From NCBI GenBank assembly GCA_963843975.1, contig CAWJMG010000002.1, positions 1-15,384 on the forward strand: a DNA stretch of 15,384 nt, in the 5' to 3' direction. Shown here in pieces: positions 1 through 8,261 of this stretch. This stretch comes from an uncultured Actinomycetes bacterium. Lineage in GTDB: Bacteria > Actinomycetota > Actinomycetes > S36-B12 > CAIYMF01. The translations under genes and the position numbers were made by a program. Numbering within the stretch: position 1 is the first letter of the stretch; each line of letters starts with the position of its first letter. The notes beneath the pieces were generated by a model. The model did no database searches. It was not told where the DNA came from and saw only the letters and a list, made by a program, of their open reading frames with translations.

Positions 1-55
1 TTCCCGGGCTGGGAAACGACGGATTGATCAGGGTCGGCTGTGGGGTGGACGTGCG

Positions 56-88
56 GAGGGCCCGGAACCTGTGCGGTTCCGGGCCCTC
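56..88 (-). terminator. GC-rich stem-loop downstream of the permease gene (candidate intrinsic terminator, no U-tract)
   Basis: Perfect 14-bp inverted repeat GAGGGCCCGGAACC (56-69) / GGTTCCGGGCCCTC (75-88) with a 5-nt loop. It lies 18 nt past the minus-strand stop codon at 107-109. Confidence 0.45.
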
Positions 89-106
89 GCGCCGTGGTAC
101 GGCGGC

Positions 107-1633
107 TCAGGTGACGAGGTCGGCGATCGCGTCGACGTTCTCGCTCTTCTTGCGGACGACGCCGACCACGAGGCCGACCACGAACATCACGAACGGCGTG
201 GCGACGAGCACCCAACCGGTGGTGCTGAGGCCCCACGACTCGACCGTCGGATCGACGCCCTCGGCGACCGTCCCGGCGAGCAGTCCGAAGCGCGAGGCCA
301 GCAGGTAGAGCCCGAGCGCGAGACCGATGGACGCGAGCACAGGTGCGATGACCGAGGCCCAGACCGAGGCCTCGCCCTTGTGCCGCCGGAAGAACGCGAT
401 GACCGCGATCGACACGAGGATCTCCACGAACACGATCGCGAGCACCGCCATGCCGGAGAACCAGTAGAAGAGGTTCAGGACCGGGTCGAGCTGCTTGATC
501 GCGAAGATGAGGATCACGACGAGACCGATGACCGAGGTGACGACGGCCGAGGTCCACGGGGCGCCGCGGCCGTTGACGCGGTCGAGACGCGTCGGCAGCA
601 CGCCGGCGCGGCCCATCGCGTAGAAGTAGCGCGCGGCCGAGTTCTGGAAGGCCAGCAGGCCGGCGAAGAGCGACGAGATGACCAGCCAGCTCATCAGCGT
701 CGACATCCACGAGCCGACGTACGTCTCAGCGACTCCGAAGAGCACTGCCGCCGGATTCACGAGCGGGACGCCGTCGACCGACGACAGCTCCACCGTCTTG
801 TCGATCACGGTGGACGCGCCGAGGCCGGTCACGATGGCGAACGCCGTGAAGCCGAAGATGACGGTGATGGTGATGACGGCGAGGTACGTCGCCCGCGGCA
901 CGGACTTGTGCGGGTCCTTGGACTCCTCGCCGTAGATCGCCGTGGCCTCGAAGCCGATGTACGAGGCGAACGCGAACGCGAAGGCGATGCCCGCGGTGCC
1001 GGTGAGACCCCCCGCCAAGATGTTGGACGGCGCGAAGGACGCTGCGAGGTCGACGCCCTCGGGCTTGTTCGAGGAGAAGAAGACGGCGAAGGCGGTCACG
1101 AGCAGCGAGAGGAGCTCGAGGGTCATGAGGACGCCGAGCACCTTGGCGCCGATGTCGACCGAGAGCACGGACAGGCCGAGCACGATCGCCCAGGCGATGA
1201 GCACCCAGACCCACCAGGCCCAGTCGATGCCGAACTGCGCGGCCATCTGCGGGCCGACGACGCCGCCGAAGAAGCCGTAGACCGCGAGCTGCACGGCGAG
1301 GTAGGCGACGAGCGAGACGAACGCCGAGCCGACACCGGCCACGACGCCGAGGCCGCGGCCGACGTATGCGAAGAAGGCGCCGACGTTCGTGACCTTGCCG
1401 GCCATGGCGGCGTAGCCGACGGAGAACAGCAGCAGGATCAGGCCGACCGCGACGTACGCGCCGGGGGCGGCTGCGCCGTTGCCGAGCACGATCGCGACCG
1501 GCACCGCGCCGGTCATGCCGACGAGCGGGGCGGCTGCCGCGACGACGAAGAACACGATGCCGAGGACGCCGAGGCGTCCGTGGTGCAGCGCGGTCTCCGG
1601 GGTCTCCTGCGGCGGGGGCTGGAGCTGGGTCAT
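107..1633 (-). CDS. APC-superfamily amino acid/polyamine permease (polytopic membrane transporter)
   Basis: Taken from ORF 107..1792(-). The protein is hydrophobic throughout, with about 12 TM-like segments, and has an N-terminal GVLGIVFFVVAAAAPLVGMTG motif typical of APC permeases. Start chosen at ATG 1633 (MTQLQ...) because AGGAGAG lies just upstream; ATG 1645 is an alternative. The 50 codons further upstream look non-coding. Confidence 0.85.
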   Translation of the reverse strand: MTQLQPPPQETPETALHHGRLGVLGIVFFVVAAAAPLVGMTGAVPVAIVLGNGAAAPGAYVAVGLILLLFSVGYAAMAGKVTNVGAFFAYVGRGLGVVAGVGSAFVSLVAYLAVQLAVYGFFGGVVGPQMAAQFGIDWAWWVWVLIAWAIVLGLSVLSVDIGAKVLGVLMTLELLSLLVTAFAVFFSSNKPEGVDLAASFAPSNILAGGLTGTAGIAFAFAFASYIGFEATAIYGEESKDPHKSVPRATYLAVITITVIFGFTAFAIVTGLGASTVIDKTVELSSVDGVPLVNPAAVLFGVAETYVGSWMSTLMSWLVISSLFAGLLAFQNSAARYFYAMGRAGVLPTRLDRVNGRGAPWTSAVVTSVIGLVVILIFAIKQLDPVLNLFYWFSGMAVLAIVFVEILVSIAVIAFFRRHKGEASVWASVIAPVLASIGLALGLYLLASRFGLLAGTVAEGVDPTVESWGLSTTGWVLVATPFVMFVVGLVVGVVRKKSENVDAIADLVT

Positions 1634-1861
1634 GGCTCTCCTCATGGCGCCTGGCGTACGCAGATCCGTTCGGATCCGAATGACTGCGCAAGAGTGGCGC
1701 GTGCCACACGCCGCGTCAAGGGTTTCGGGCCATATTTGTCCGGGCGCGAACGACCCTGCCGAGGGGGGCTGTGCAGATTGTCCACCAGGCACCGCGCACG
1801 GTGGGGCGACGGCTACCCAGGGTGCGCCGGAGCGTGCAGAACGCCCCCGCCGCGGGTCGGG

Positions 1862-2188
1862 CTAGGAGCGGGCGTCGTCGGCCGAACCGAAGAGCGCGAG
1901 CAGCTCGCCGACCTCGTGGTCGGCCTCGGCCGGGTGCCGGAAGTGGCCGCCGGGGTGCACCTGGTAGGTGTTCCGGCGCCCGACCCGGGTGCGGGTCACG
2001 AAGCCGGCTTCCTCGAGGTCGCGGACGATCGCCTGGGCGGCGCGCTCGGTGATCTGGGCGGAGTCGGCGAGGTCGCGCAGGCGGGCGTCGGGATCGCGGG
2101 CGATGAGCAGCAGGAGCCGTGCGTGGTTCGTCAGCAGGGTCCACGACCGGCTCGGGGCGGTCGCGGGGCTCGTCGTCGGCTCGGGCAC
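1862..2188 (-). CDS. Small winged-helix (MarR/ArsR-like) HTH transcriptional regulator, divergent from the DAB locus
   Basis: From ORF 1862..2500(-). The core WTLLTNHARLLLLIARDPDARLRDLADSAQITERAAQAIVRDLEEAGFVTRTRVGRRNTYQV is a typical wHTH. Start set at GTG 2188 because codon GC3 drops upstream of it and the longer ORF would overlap the divergent ATG at 2274. The start is uncertain; TTG 2251 and ATG 2275 are alternatives. Confidence 0.7.
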   Translation of the reverse strand: MPEPTTSPATAPSRSWTLLTNHARLLLLIARDPDARLRDLADSAQITERAAQAIVRDLEEAGFVTRTRVGRRNTYQVHPGGHFRHPAEADHEVGELLALFGSADDARS

Positions 2189-2236
2189 CGGCCCATCATG
2201 GCCTCCCGGCCCCCGGATGTCCGGAACCGGCGCGAG

Positions 2237-2273
2237 ATGACATACGAACAAGACTTCGTGTAATCTTCTTCGC
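2237..2273 (+). promoter_or_regulatory. Candidate sigma-70-type promoter giving a leaderless DAB transcript, with an inverted repeat in the spacer
   Basis: ATGACA (2237-2242), an 18-nt spacer, TAATCT (2261-2266), then 7 nt to ATG 2274 with no Shine-Dalgarno. The inverted repeat ACGAA (2244-2248) N6 TTCGT (2255-2259) sits between the -35 and -10 elements. The stretch is locally AT-richer than its surroundings. Confidence 0.4.
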
Positions 2274-3695
2274 ATGTCCACGATGCGCGCTGCCGCTGCC
2301 GGTCTCGCCCTGTCCGCCCTCGGCGCCCTCGTCCTGCTCGTCCTGGTGCTCGCCGGCATGCGCCCGTCGCTGACCGTCGCCACCCCCGAGGTCGGGTCCG
2401 CGGTGCTCACCGTCGGGCTCCGGCTCGACGTCGTTCCCGCGATCCTGCTCGCACTCGTCACCGGGCTCGGTGCGGTCGTGGCCGTGTACTCCGCCCGCAA
2501 CCTCGCAGGTCAGCACCGCCTCGCGCGGTTCGCCCTGCTCGAGGCGGCGGTGGTGGGCGGCCTCGCCCTCGCGGTGACGGCCGCGAGCCTGCCGCTGCTT
2601 CTGCTCGGCTGGACGGCGGCCGGCCTCGCGATGGCCGCGCTCGTCGCGCACTCCGGAACCGACCGCGCCCGTGCGGCCAGCCGGTTCGTGCGCCGGCGCC
2701 TGCTCGTCGGCGACGCCGCGCTCGCCGCCGCCGTCCTGGTGGCCGGCCTCGGGATCGGGGTGTGGGACGTCGACGGCCTCGGTACGGCGGTGGCGTCGGC
2801 GGACGCTCCGCTCCTGGCGCTGTCCGCGCTGCTCGTCGTCGCCGCGGGCGTCGTCCGCAGCGCGCTGGTCCCTGCGCACCGCTGGCTGCCGGAGGTCGCC
2901 GAGGCGCCGTCGCCGGTCAGCGCCCTGCTGCACGCCGGCTTCGTCAACGGCACCGGCCTGCTCGCGCTGCTGCTGTGGCCGCTCGTCGCGGCCGCCCCCG
3001 CCGCGCGCGGCGTCGCGCTGCTGCTCGGTGTCGTCACCGTCCTGCTCGCCTCCGCCCAGCAGCGGGTGCGTCCCGACGTGAAGGGCCGACTCGCCTCCTC
3101 GACCTCGGCACAGATGGGATACCTCGCGATCACCGTCGGGATCGGGCTTCCCGCCGCCGTCCTCGTCCACCTCGTCGGCCACGGCCTCTGGAAGGCCGGC
3201 TTGTTCCTCGGCGCCGGCGGTGCCGTGGAGCGGGTGCGCGGTGCGGCCGCCGCGCAGCCGGCCCGCCGGGGCGCGGCTCCGGTGGCCGCGCTCGCTCTCG
3301 GCGTCCTGGCCGCAGTCTCCGCGGCCGCGGTGCCCGGCCCGTGGGGTCCGTCGCTCCTCGCGGCTCCCGCGACCCTCTTGCCGGTCATCGCGGCCGCGGC
3401 CGCTGCTGCTGCCGCCGCTTGTTCCGTCACGACCTCCGGACGTGGCCGGCGCTCCACGGGCGTGCTGCTGGTGGTGGCGTCGGCGGCGACGTACCTCCTC
3501 GTGCTGCGCTCGGTCGACCACGCGCTCGCGCCCGAGCCCGGGTGGTCCAGCCCCGCGTGGGGCGAGCCGGGTGCCGCAGGCCTCGCCGTCGTGATCGCGC
3601 TGCTGGTCCTGACCGGGCTCGGCGCCTGGTGGGTGGACGCAGAGGCCCGCCGCGGCAGGTTCGCGCGGCTCGCGGCGTACGTCGCCCGCACCACC
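2274..3695 (+). CDS. dabB: DabB module: NuoL/Mrp-antiporter-like proton-conducting membrane subunit of a DAB inorganic-carbon pump. No stop codon precedes the DabA module
   Basis: First ~474 codons of ORF 2274..5591(+). Polytopic membrane protein carrying NuoL/PF00361-type motifs: HRWLPEVAEAPSPVSALLHAGFVNGTG and SSTSAQMGYLAITVG...VHLVGHGLWKAGLFLGAG. The end coordinate is a module boundary (in-frame ATG at 3696), not a stop codon. Confidence 0.8.
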
Positions 3696-6408
3696 ATGGC
3701 GCCCGCGCCTGCTCTCGGCCGGATCCCGGTCGCCGCTGGTCTTCCGGCGGACGAGACCGTCGACGCGCACCTGGCGGTCGAGGCCTCGCGGATGGCTGCC
3801 CAGGTCGTGGCCCCGGTGTGGCCGCTGCACGCGTTCGTGGCGAGCAACCCCGTCGCCGGGCTCGAGCACCTGCCCTTCGCGGACGCGATGCGGGCGGCGT
3901 CCCTCACCTGGGGCAGCGCGCCGGGGGTGGACGCCGCACTGCTGCGGGCCGCCGTCAGCGCGGGCGCCGTCGACGACGACGCCGTCACCCGCGTTGCCGC
4001 CCAGGTGGCACCGGGTCCGGACGTCGCCCTCGCCGGCCCTGTCCGCGAGCGGGCCGCGCTCGTCCGCGCGCTGATGCTCGCCCAGGCGCCGGCGGACGAC
4101 GAGGTGGCCCGAGTGCGCGCCGCTCTCGGTGGCGACGCCCTGCTCGACCTGCCGTCCCGCGCGGTGCTGTCACCGGCCGAGGCGGCTGTGGCTCGCCAGC
4201 CCGAGCTTCGCACCGCTCGCCGCCCGCGCCCGCGACCTCGTCTCGTCGTACGCCGCCCGCGCGTACGGTGCGCCGGCGTGGCCCGTCGCCACCGTCGGCG
4301 TGTGGTCGACGCTTCGTGCCGATGCCGCGTCGCTCGACCGGACGCTCGGCACGCGCGGCGCAGGCGAGTGGCTCGCCGGGCTGCCGGCCGACCCCGCGGC
4401 GGCGCTCGCGCCGGTGGCCGTGCGGCTCGGTCTCGACTGGTCCGAGCTCGTGCCCGTGTTCTCCCGTCTGCTCGCCCGCGACCCGGGCTGGGTCGCCCAC
4501 CTCGCCTGGCGCCGCCGGGTCGACGTGGCCGGCCAGCACGACGAGGCGCTCGACCTCCTCGTGGCGCGGCTCGCCCTCGAGGCGGTCGTCGTCGCGGCGG
4601 CCGGGCCAGCCGTAGCACCGTCCGAGCCGACCACGGTCGACGTCGCGTCTTCGGTCACCGTCATGCTCGCCGCCTCCGGCGCCGACCTCGGCTCTGTCAC
4701 GGCCGCGGCGCTGGCCGACCTCGTCACCATCGCTGCGGCCGTGCACGACCAGGGCGTCGAGCTGCTGCGCCTGCGTGCGTGGGAGGAGTCGTACCGCCGA
4801 CCGGTGCTCGCGCAGCTGGCCGAGCGGGCCCGCGTGCTCGACCTCGGCTCTGCTGGCGCCGACGCCCAGGTCGTCACCTGCATCGACGTCCGCAGCGAAC
4901 GGCTGCGCCGTCAGCTCGAAGAGGTCGGCCCCTGGGAGACCGTGGGCGCAGCGGGCTTCTTCGGCATCGCGCTCGCGCACGTATCGCCGACCGGTGCGCT
5001 CACCGAGCGCCTCCCCGCGCTGCTGCGCCCGCAGCACGTGGTGCGCGAGTCCTGCGACGCGATGCCCGCACGCCGCTGGGTGACGGCGGACGCCGGCGAG
5101 GCTGTCCACGGCGCCGAGGGAGCTGTCGGAGCGCCGTTCGCGCTGGCCGAGGCGGCCGGCTGGATCACCGGCCCGTCTGCCGTGCTGCACACGGCGTCGC
5201 CTCGACTCTGGCACGGGCTGCGCCGAAGGCTGGCCGACCGGTTCGGTCCTGCGCCGCGCGGCGTTCTCACCCTCGAGCGCGGCGCGAAGGCGCCGGAGGG
5301 CTTCTCGCTCGACGAGCTCGTGGCAGCGGCCGCCGGCTTCCTGCGCACGACGGGTCTGCTCGCGCCTGCGCCGGTTGTCGTGCTGCTCGGCCACGGCGGG
5401 CACGCGGCGAACAACCCGCACGTGGCGGCGTACGACTGCGGCGCCTGTGGTGGCCACGCGGGCGACGTGAGCGCGCGTGTCATGGCGCAGGTGCTGAACG
5501 ACGGGCGTGTGCGTGCTGCTCTGGGCGAGCAGGGGATCGACATCCCTACCGGCACGGTGTTTCTCGCCGGCCTGCACGACACCACCCGTGACCGGGTCGA
5601 GCTGCTCGACGAGGTGCCCGATCACGCTCGCGCCGTGGTCGACCGGCTCGAGCGTGACCTCGCGGTCGCGTGCGACGCGGTCGTGCTGGAGCGCGCTCCG
5701 CTCCTGCCGGGCGGTGTTCCGGCGGGGCTCGCGGCCGCGCGCCGGACCCTCGACGCCCGCGCCGTCGACTGGGCGCAGGTGCGCCCGGAGTGGGGGCTCG
5801 CGCGCAACGCCGCGATCGTCATCGGCCCGCGAGCACTCACCCGCGGGCTCGACCTGCAGGGACGCGTCTTCCTGCAGTCGTACCGGTCGGACCTCGACGC
5901 GGACGCCAGCGCTCTCGAGTTCCTGCTCACCGCGCCGCTCGTCGTCGCGCAGTGGATCTCCGCGCAGTACTGGTGCTCGACCGTCGACCCCGAGCACTTC
6001 GGCGCCGGCGACAAGACGACGCACAACGTGCTCGCGTCGTACGGCGGAGGACCTGCGCCGCTCACGGGCGTGCTCACCGGCGCGCGCGGCGACCTGCGGA
6101 TCGGCCTGCCGTGGCAGGGAGTAGCCGAGCACGCCCCGGTGGACGGCCGGTGGACGGCGCTGCCCTTCCACGAGCCGCTGCGGCTCCTCGCCGTGGTGCA
6201 CGCCTCCCCGGAGGCGGTCGAAGGCATCCTGCGCCGGCGTGAGGACGTCGCGCGCCTCGTGCTCGGGGAGTGGATCGAGCTCGTGGTGGCCGATCCGGCG
6301 TCCGGCGACCTGCTGCGCCGTGATCCCACGGCGGGCTGGGTGCCGGTGGGGGACGTCGTGGGTGAGCTGCCTGCGGTCGAGGGCGAGCACGCATCGGCCC
6401 GCGCCTGA
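3696..6408 (+). pseudogene. dabA: DabA (DUF2309/UPF0753) inorganic-carbon transporter subunit, reading frame broken by an apparent +1 shift near 4195-4210
   Basis: The N-terminal part is in the frame of ORF 2274..5591 (VAPVWPLHAFVASNPVAGLEHLPFADA, ~3807-3880). That frame becomes Arg-rich nonsense after ~4200. The frame of ORF 4129..6408 then carries the rest, including the beta-carbonic-anhydrase-like metal-site motifs TCIDVRSE (Cys 4879-4881, Asp 4885-4887) and GHGGHAANNPHVAAYDCGACGGHAG (~5389-5463). Stop TGA at 6406-6408. Confidence 0.8.
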
Positions 6409-6526
6409 GCGGGCCGTCCCCCAGGGGGAGGCGCCGCGGCCGGCCCTGCTGGTGAACGGACACGCTCGGCCACCTCACGGTTGCCTCTCCGACCGAGGTA
6501 TCCCTCAGGAGCGCCGCGCCGGGGCC

Positions 6527-6564
6527 GACAGGGCGATCGGGACTTCCGTCCCCGTCGCCCTGTC
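6527..6564 (+). promoter_or_regulatory. Long imperfect hairpin in the dabA-MCP intergenic region, either an MCP leader structure or the dabA terminator
   Basis: GACAGGGCGA (6527-6536) pairs perfectly with TCGCCCTGTC (6555-6564). Four more inner base pairs (CGGG 6538-6541 / CCCG 6551-6554) follow after a 1-nt bulge. The structure ends 4 nt before the GGAGG RBS (6569-6573) of the MCP. Confidence 0.3.
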
Positions 6565-6579
6565 TCCCGGAGGCCTTTC

Positions 6580-8205
6580 GTGTCCGCTCCTGCTCCCGCC
6601 GCTGCGTCGCGCAAGCGGTTCGCCCTCAACGTGCGCCAGCGCCTGTACGGCCTCGTGGCCGCGCTGCTGGCGCTCTGGCTCCTGTCCGCCGGTGTCGCCA
6701 TCGTCGGGCTCAACCAGGCGCAGAGCGGTTCGCAGGGTCTCGCCGAGGCCTTCACCGAGGCCAACTACGGCAGCGAGGCCTACACCGCGTGGCTGACGCA
6801 GGACGGCGCCATCAACATGGCGGTGCTGCTGCAGAGCCTGAACGACCCGGCGCAGAAGCAGCTCGTCGGCGACACCTGGAAGGTGGCGGCGGACGAGAGC
6901 GTCAAGGCACACGACAACATCGCGAAGCTGGCACAGTCGCCGTACGCGGAGCTCGCGGCCCTCGCCGCCGAGGCCGAGAAGGCGGTCACGGCGTACGACG
7001 CGTTCGCCACCGACGTGAAGACGAAGACGGACGCCGGCGACATCGCCACCGCGACGCGCACGCAGACCGTCGACAACGCCGAGGCGTCGGCTGCCGTGGT
7101 GTCGACCTTCGACACGATCAACACCACGAGCGACACGATCGTCGCCCAGATCGTCGCCGAGGTTCAGGCGACGGTGTCGCGCTGGACGATGGTGCTGATC
7201 GTGCTGCTCGTGATCGGTGTCGCCGTGGCCCTGCTCATCACAACCCGCATCGTGCGGTCGATCATGAAGCCGCTCGACGCCATCGACAGCGCCCTCGGTC
7301 GCCTCGCCGACGGCGACCTGTCGGCTCGCGTCGAGGTCACGAGCAACGACGAGCTCGGCCGGGTGGGCGTCAGCCTGAACCGAGCCGCCCAGTCGCAGCA
7401 GGAGAGCGTCTCCGCGATCGCCGACAACGCGCAGATGCTTGCCGCTGCGGCGGAGGAGCTCACCGCCACGTCGAATCTCATGTCGTCCTCTGCTGAGGCG
7501 ACCTCGAACCAGGCCTCCGAGGTGGCCATGCGCTCGGAGTCGGTGAACGAGAACGTGCAGACCGCTGCGACCGCCACCGACCAGCTGACCGCGTCGATCG
7601 CCCAGATCTCCTCGTCCGCGTGGGACGCCGCGCGCGTCGCCTCGACGGCGGTCGAGGTCGCGAGCAACACCAGCTTGATCATGAACAAGCTCGAGGTCAG
7701 CAGCTCGGACATCGAGAAGGTCATCAAGGAGATCAAGGGCGTCGCCGACCAGACGAACCTGCTCGCGCTCAACGCCACCATCGAGTCGGCGCGTGCCGGC
7801 GAGGCGGGCAAGGGCTTCGCGGTCGTCGCGAGCGAGGTCAAGGACCTCGCCCGTGCCACCGCCACCGCGACGACCGACATCACCCAGAAGATCCAGACGA
7901 TCACCACGGACACCGCCGAGGCGATCGCCGCGATCGAGGAGATCACCTCGACCATCACGCAGATCAACGAGATCCAGCACTCGATCGCCTCCGCGGTCGA
8001 GGAGCAGACCGCCGCGATCAACGAGATCGCGCGCAGCATGTCGGACGTCTCGTCGGGCAGCGGCCAGATCCAGGTGAACATCGACGGCGTGACCGAGGCT
8101 GCGCAGAGCGCCAGCTCGGGCGCCGCGCAGACCCGCCAGGCCGCGGGCGAGCTCGCGCACATGGCGTCGGCGCTCGAGGGCCTGGTCGGAGCCTTCCGCT
8201 ACTGA
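6580..8205 (+). CDS. Methyl-accepting chemotaxis protein (N-terminal four-helix-bundle sensor, two TM segments, HAMP, MCP signalling domain)
   Basis: From ORF 6481..8205(+). Start set at GTG 6580, 6 nt after GGAGG. TM1 [23 protein letters not shown]; TM2 [21 protein letters not shown]; [44 protein letters not shown]; conserved signalling hairpin [36 protein letters not shown]. Confidence 0.9.
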   Translation: MSAPAPAAASRKRFALNVRQRLYGLVAALLALWLLSAGVAIVGLNQAQSGSQGLAEAFTEANYGSEAYTAWLTQDGAINMAVLLQSLNDPAQKQLVGDTWKVAADESVKAHDNIAKLAQSPYAELAALAAEAEKAVTAYDAFATDVKTKTDAGDIATATRTQTVDNAEASAAVVSTFDTINTTSDTIVAQIVAEVQATVSRWTMVLIVLLVIGVAVALLITTRIVRSIMKPLDAIDSALGRLADGDLSARVEVTSNDELGRVGVSLNRAAQSQQESVSAIADNAQMLAAAAEELTATSNLMSSSAEATSNQASEVAMRSESVNENVQTAATATDQLTASIAQISSSAWDAARVASTAVEVASNTSLIMNKLEVSSSDIEKVIKEIKGVADQTNLLALNATIESARAGEAGKGFAVVASEVKDLARATATATTDITQKIQTITTDTAEAIAAIEEITSTITQINEIQHSIASAVEEQTAAINEIARSMSDVSSGSGQIQVNIDGVTEAAQSASSGAAQTRQAAGELAHMASALEGLVGAFRY

Positions 8206-8220
8206 TTCAGCGCACGCTCA

Positions 8221-8254
8221 CGTGAGCCCCGGGGACCCGATCCCCCGGGGCTCA
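8221..8254. terminator. Bidirectional stem-loop terminator between the convergent MCP and GH13 genes
   Basis: Perfect 13-bp inverted repeat GTGAGCCCCGGGG (8221-8233) / CCCCGGGGCTCAC (8242-8254) with an 8-nt loop. It lies 15 nt after the MCP stop (8203-8205) and 7 nt after the GH13 stop (8262-8264). Confidence 0.6.
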
Positions 8255-8261
8255 CGTGCGT

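Noticed and set aside
71-2263. 730-aa ORF on the + strand across the permease and regulator region
   Set aside because: It is antisense to a well-supported permease. The translation is Asp/Arg/Glu/His-rich low-complexity text typical of shadow ORFs in high-GC DNA, with no recognisable domain.
2189-2500. Longer version of the wHTH regulator (212 aa, or start at ATG 2275)
   Set aside because: It would overlap the divergent dabB start and promoter. GC3 collapses between 2189 and 2260, and the extra residues are low-complexity.
3391-3420. GCN-repeat (poly-Ala, AAAAAAAAAA) tract in the DabB module as a significant repeat
   Set aside because: It is a short low-complexity run inside a hydrophobic segment of a very GC-rich gene. 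This is expected from composition alone, although it is a conceivable slippage site.
4203-4212. Programmed +1 ribosomal frameshift at GAG-CTT-C (reading ...QPEL|APLAAR...)
   Set aside because: A CUU slip is formally possible. However, there is no in-frame stop or rare codon to stall the ribosome, no upstream SD-like stimulator, and frame 0 stays open for 1.4 kb. An indel, real or from sequencing, is much more likely.
4200-5591. Distal ~460 codons of ORF 2274..5591 treated as real protein (a 1105-aa product)
   Set aside because: After ~4200 this frame reads as Arg/Pro/Gly-rich nonsense. The +1 frame carries conserved DabA sequence, so the long ORF persists only because stop codons are rare at this GC content.
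2196-6390. Long minus-strand ORFs (2196..3869, 2510..4618, 3985..6390) opposite the DAB locus
   Set aside because: These are Arg/Gly/Pro/Ala-rich antisense shadow frames with no motifs. The + strand carries clear DabB/DabA signatures.
6411-6446. Terminator immediately after dabA (GGGCCG...CCCCCAGGGGG...CGGCCC)
   Set aside because: The inner palindrome leaves only a 1-3 nt loop, and the outer arms enclose a large asymmetric interior. This is too irregular to call, and the 6527-6564 hairpin is a better candidate.
6505-8162. Minus-strand ORFs 6505..8160 and 7164..8162 opposite the MCP
   Set aside because: These are antisense shadow ORFs (Arg/Asp/Gly-rich or Ser/Ala-rich). The + strand MCP has unmistakable HAMP and signalling-domain motifs.
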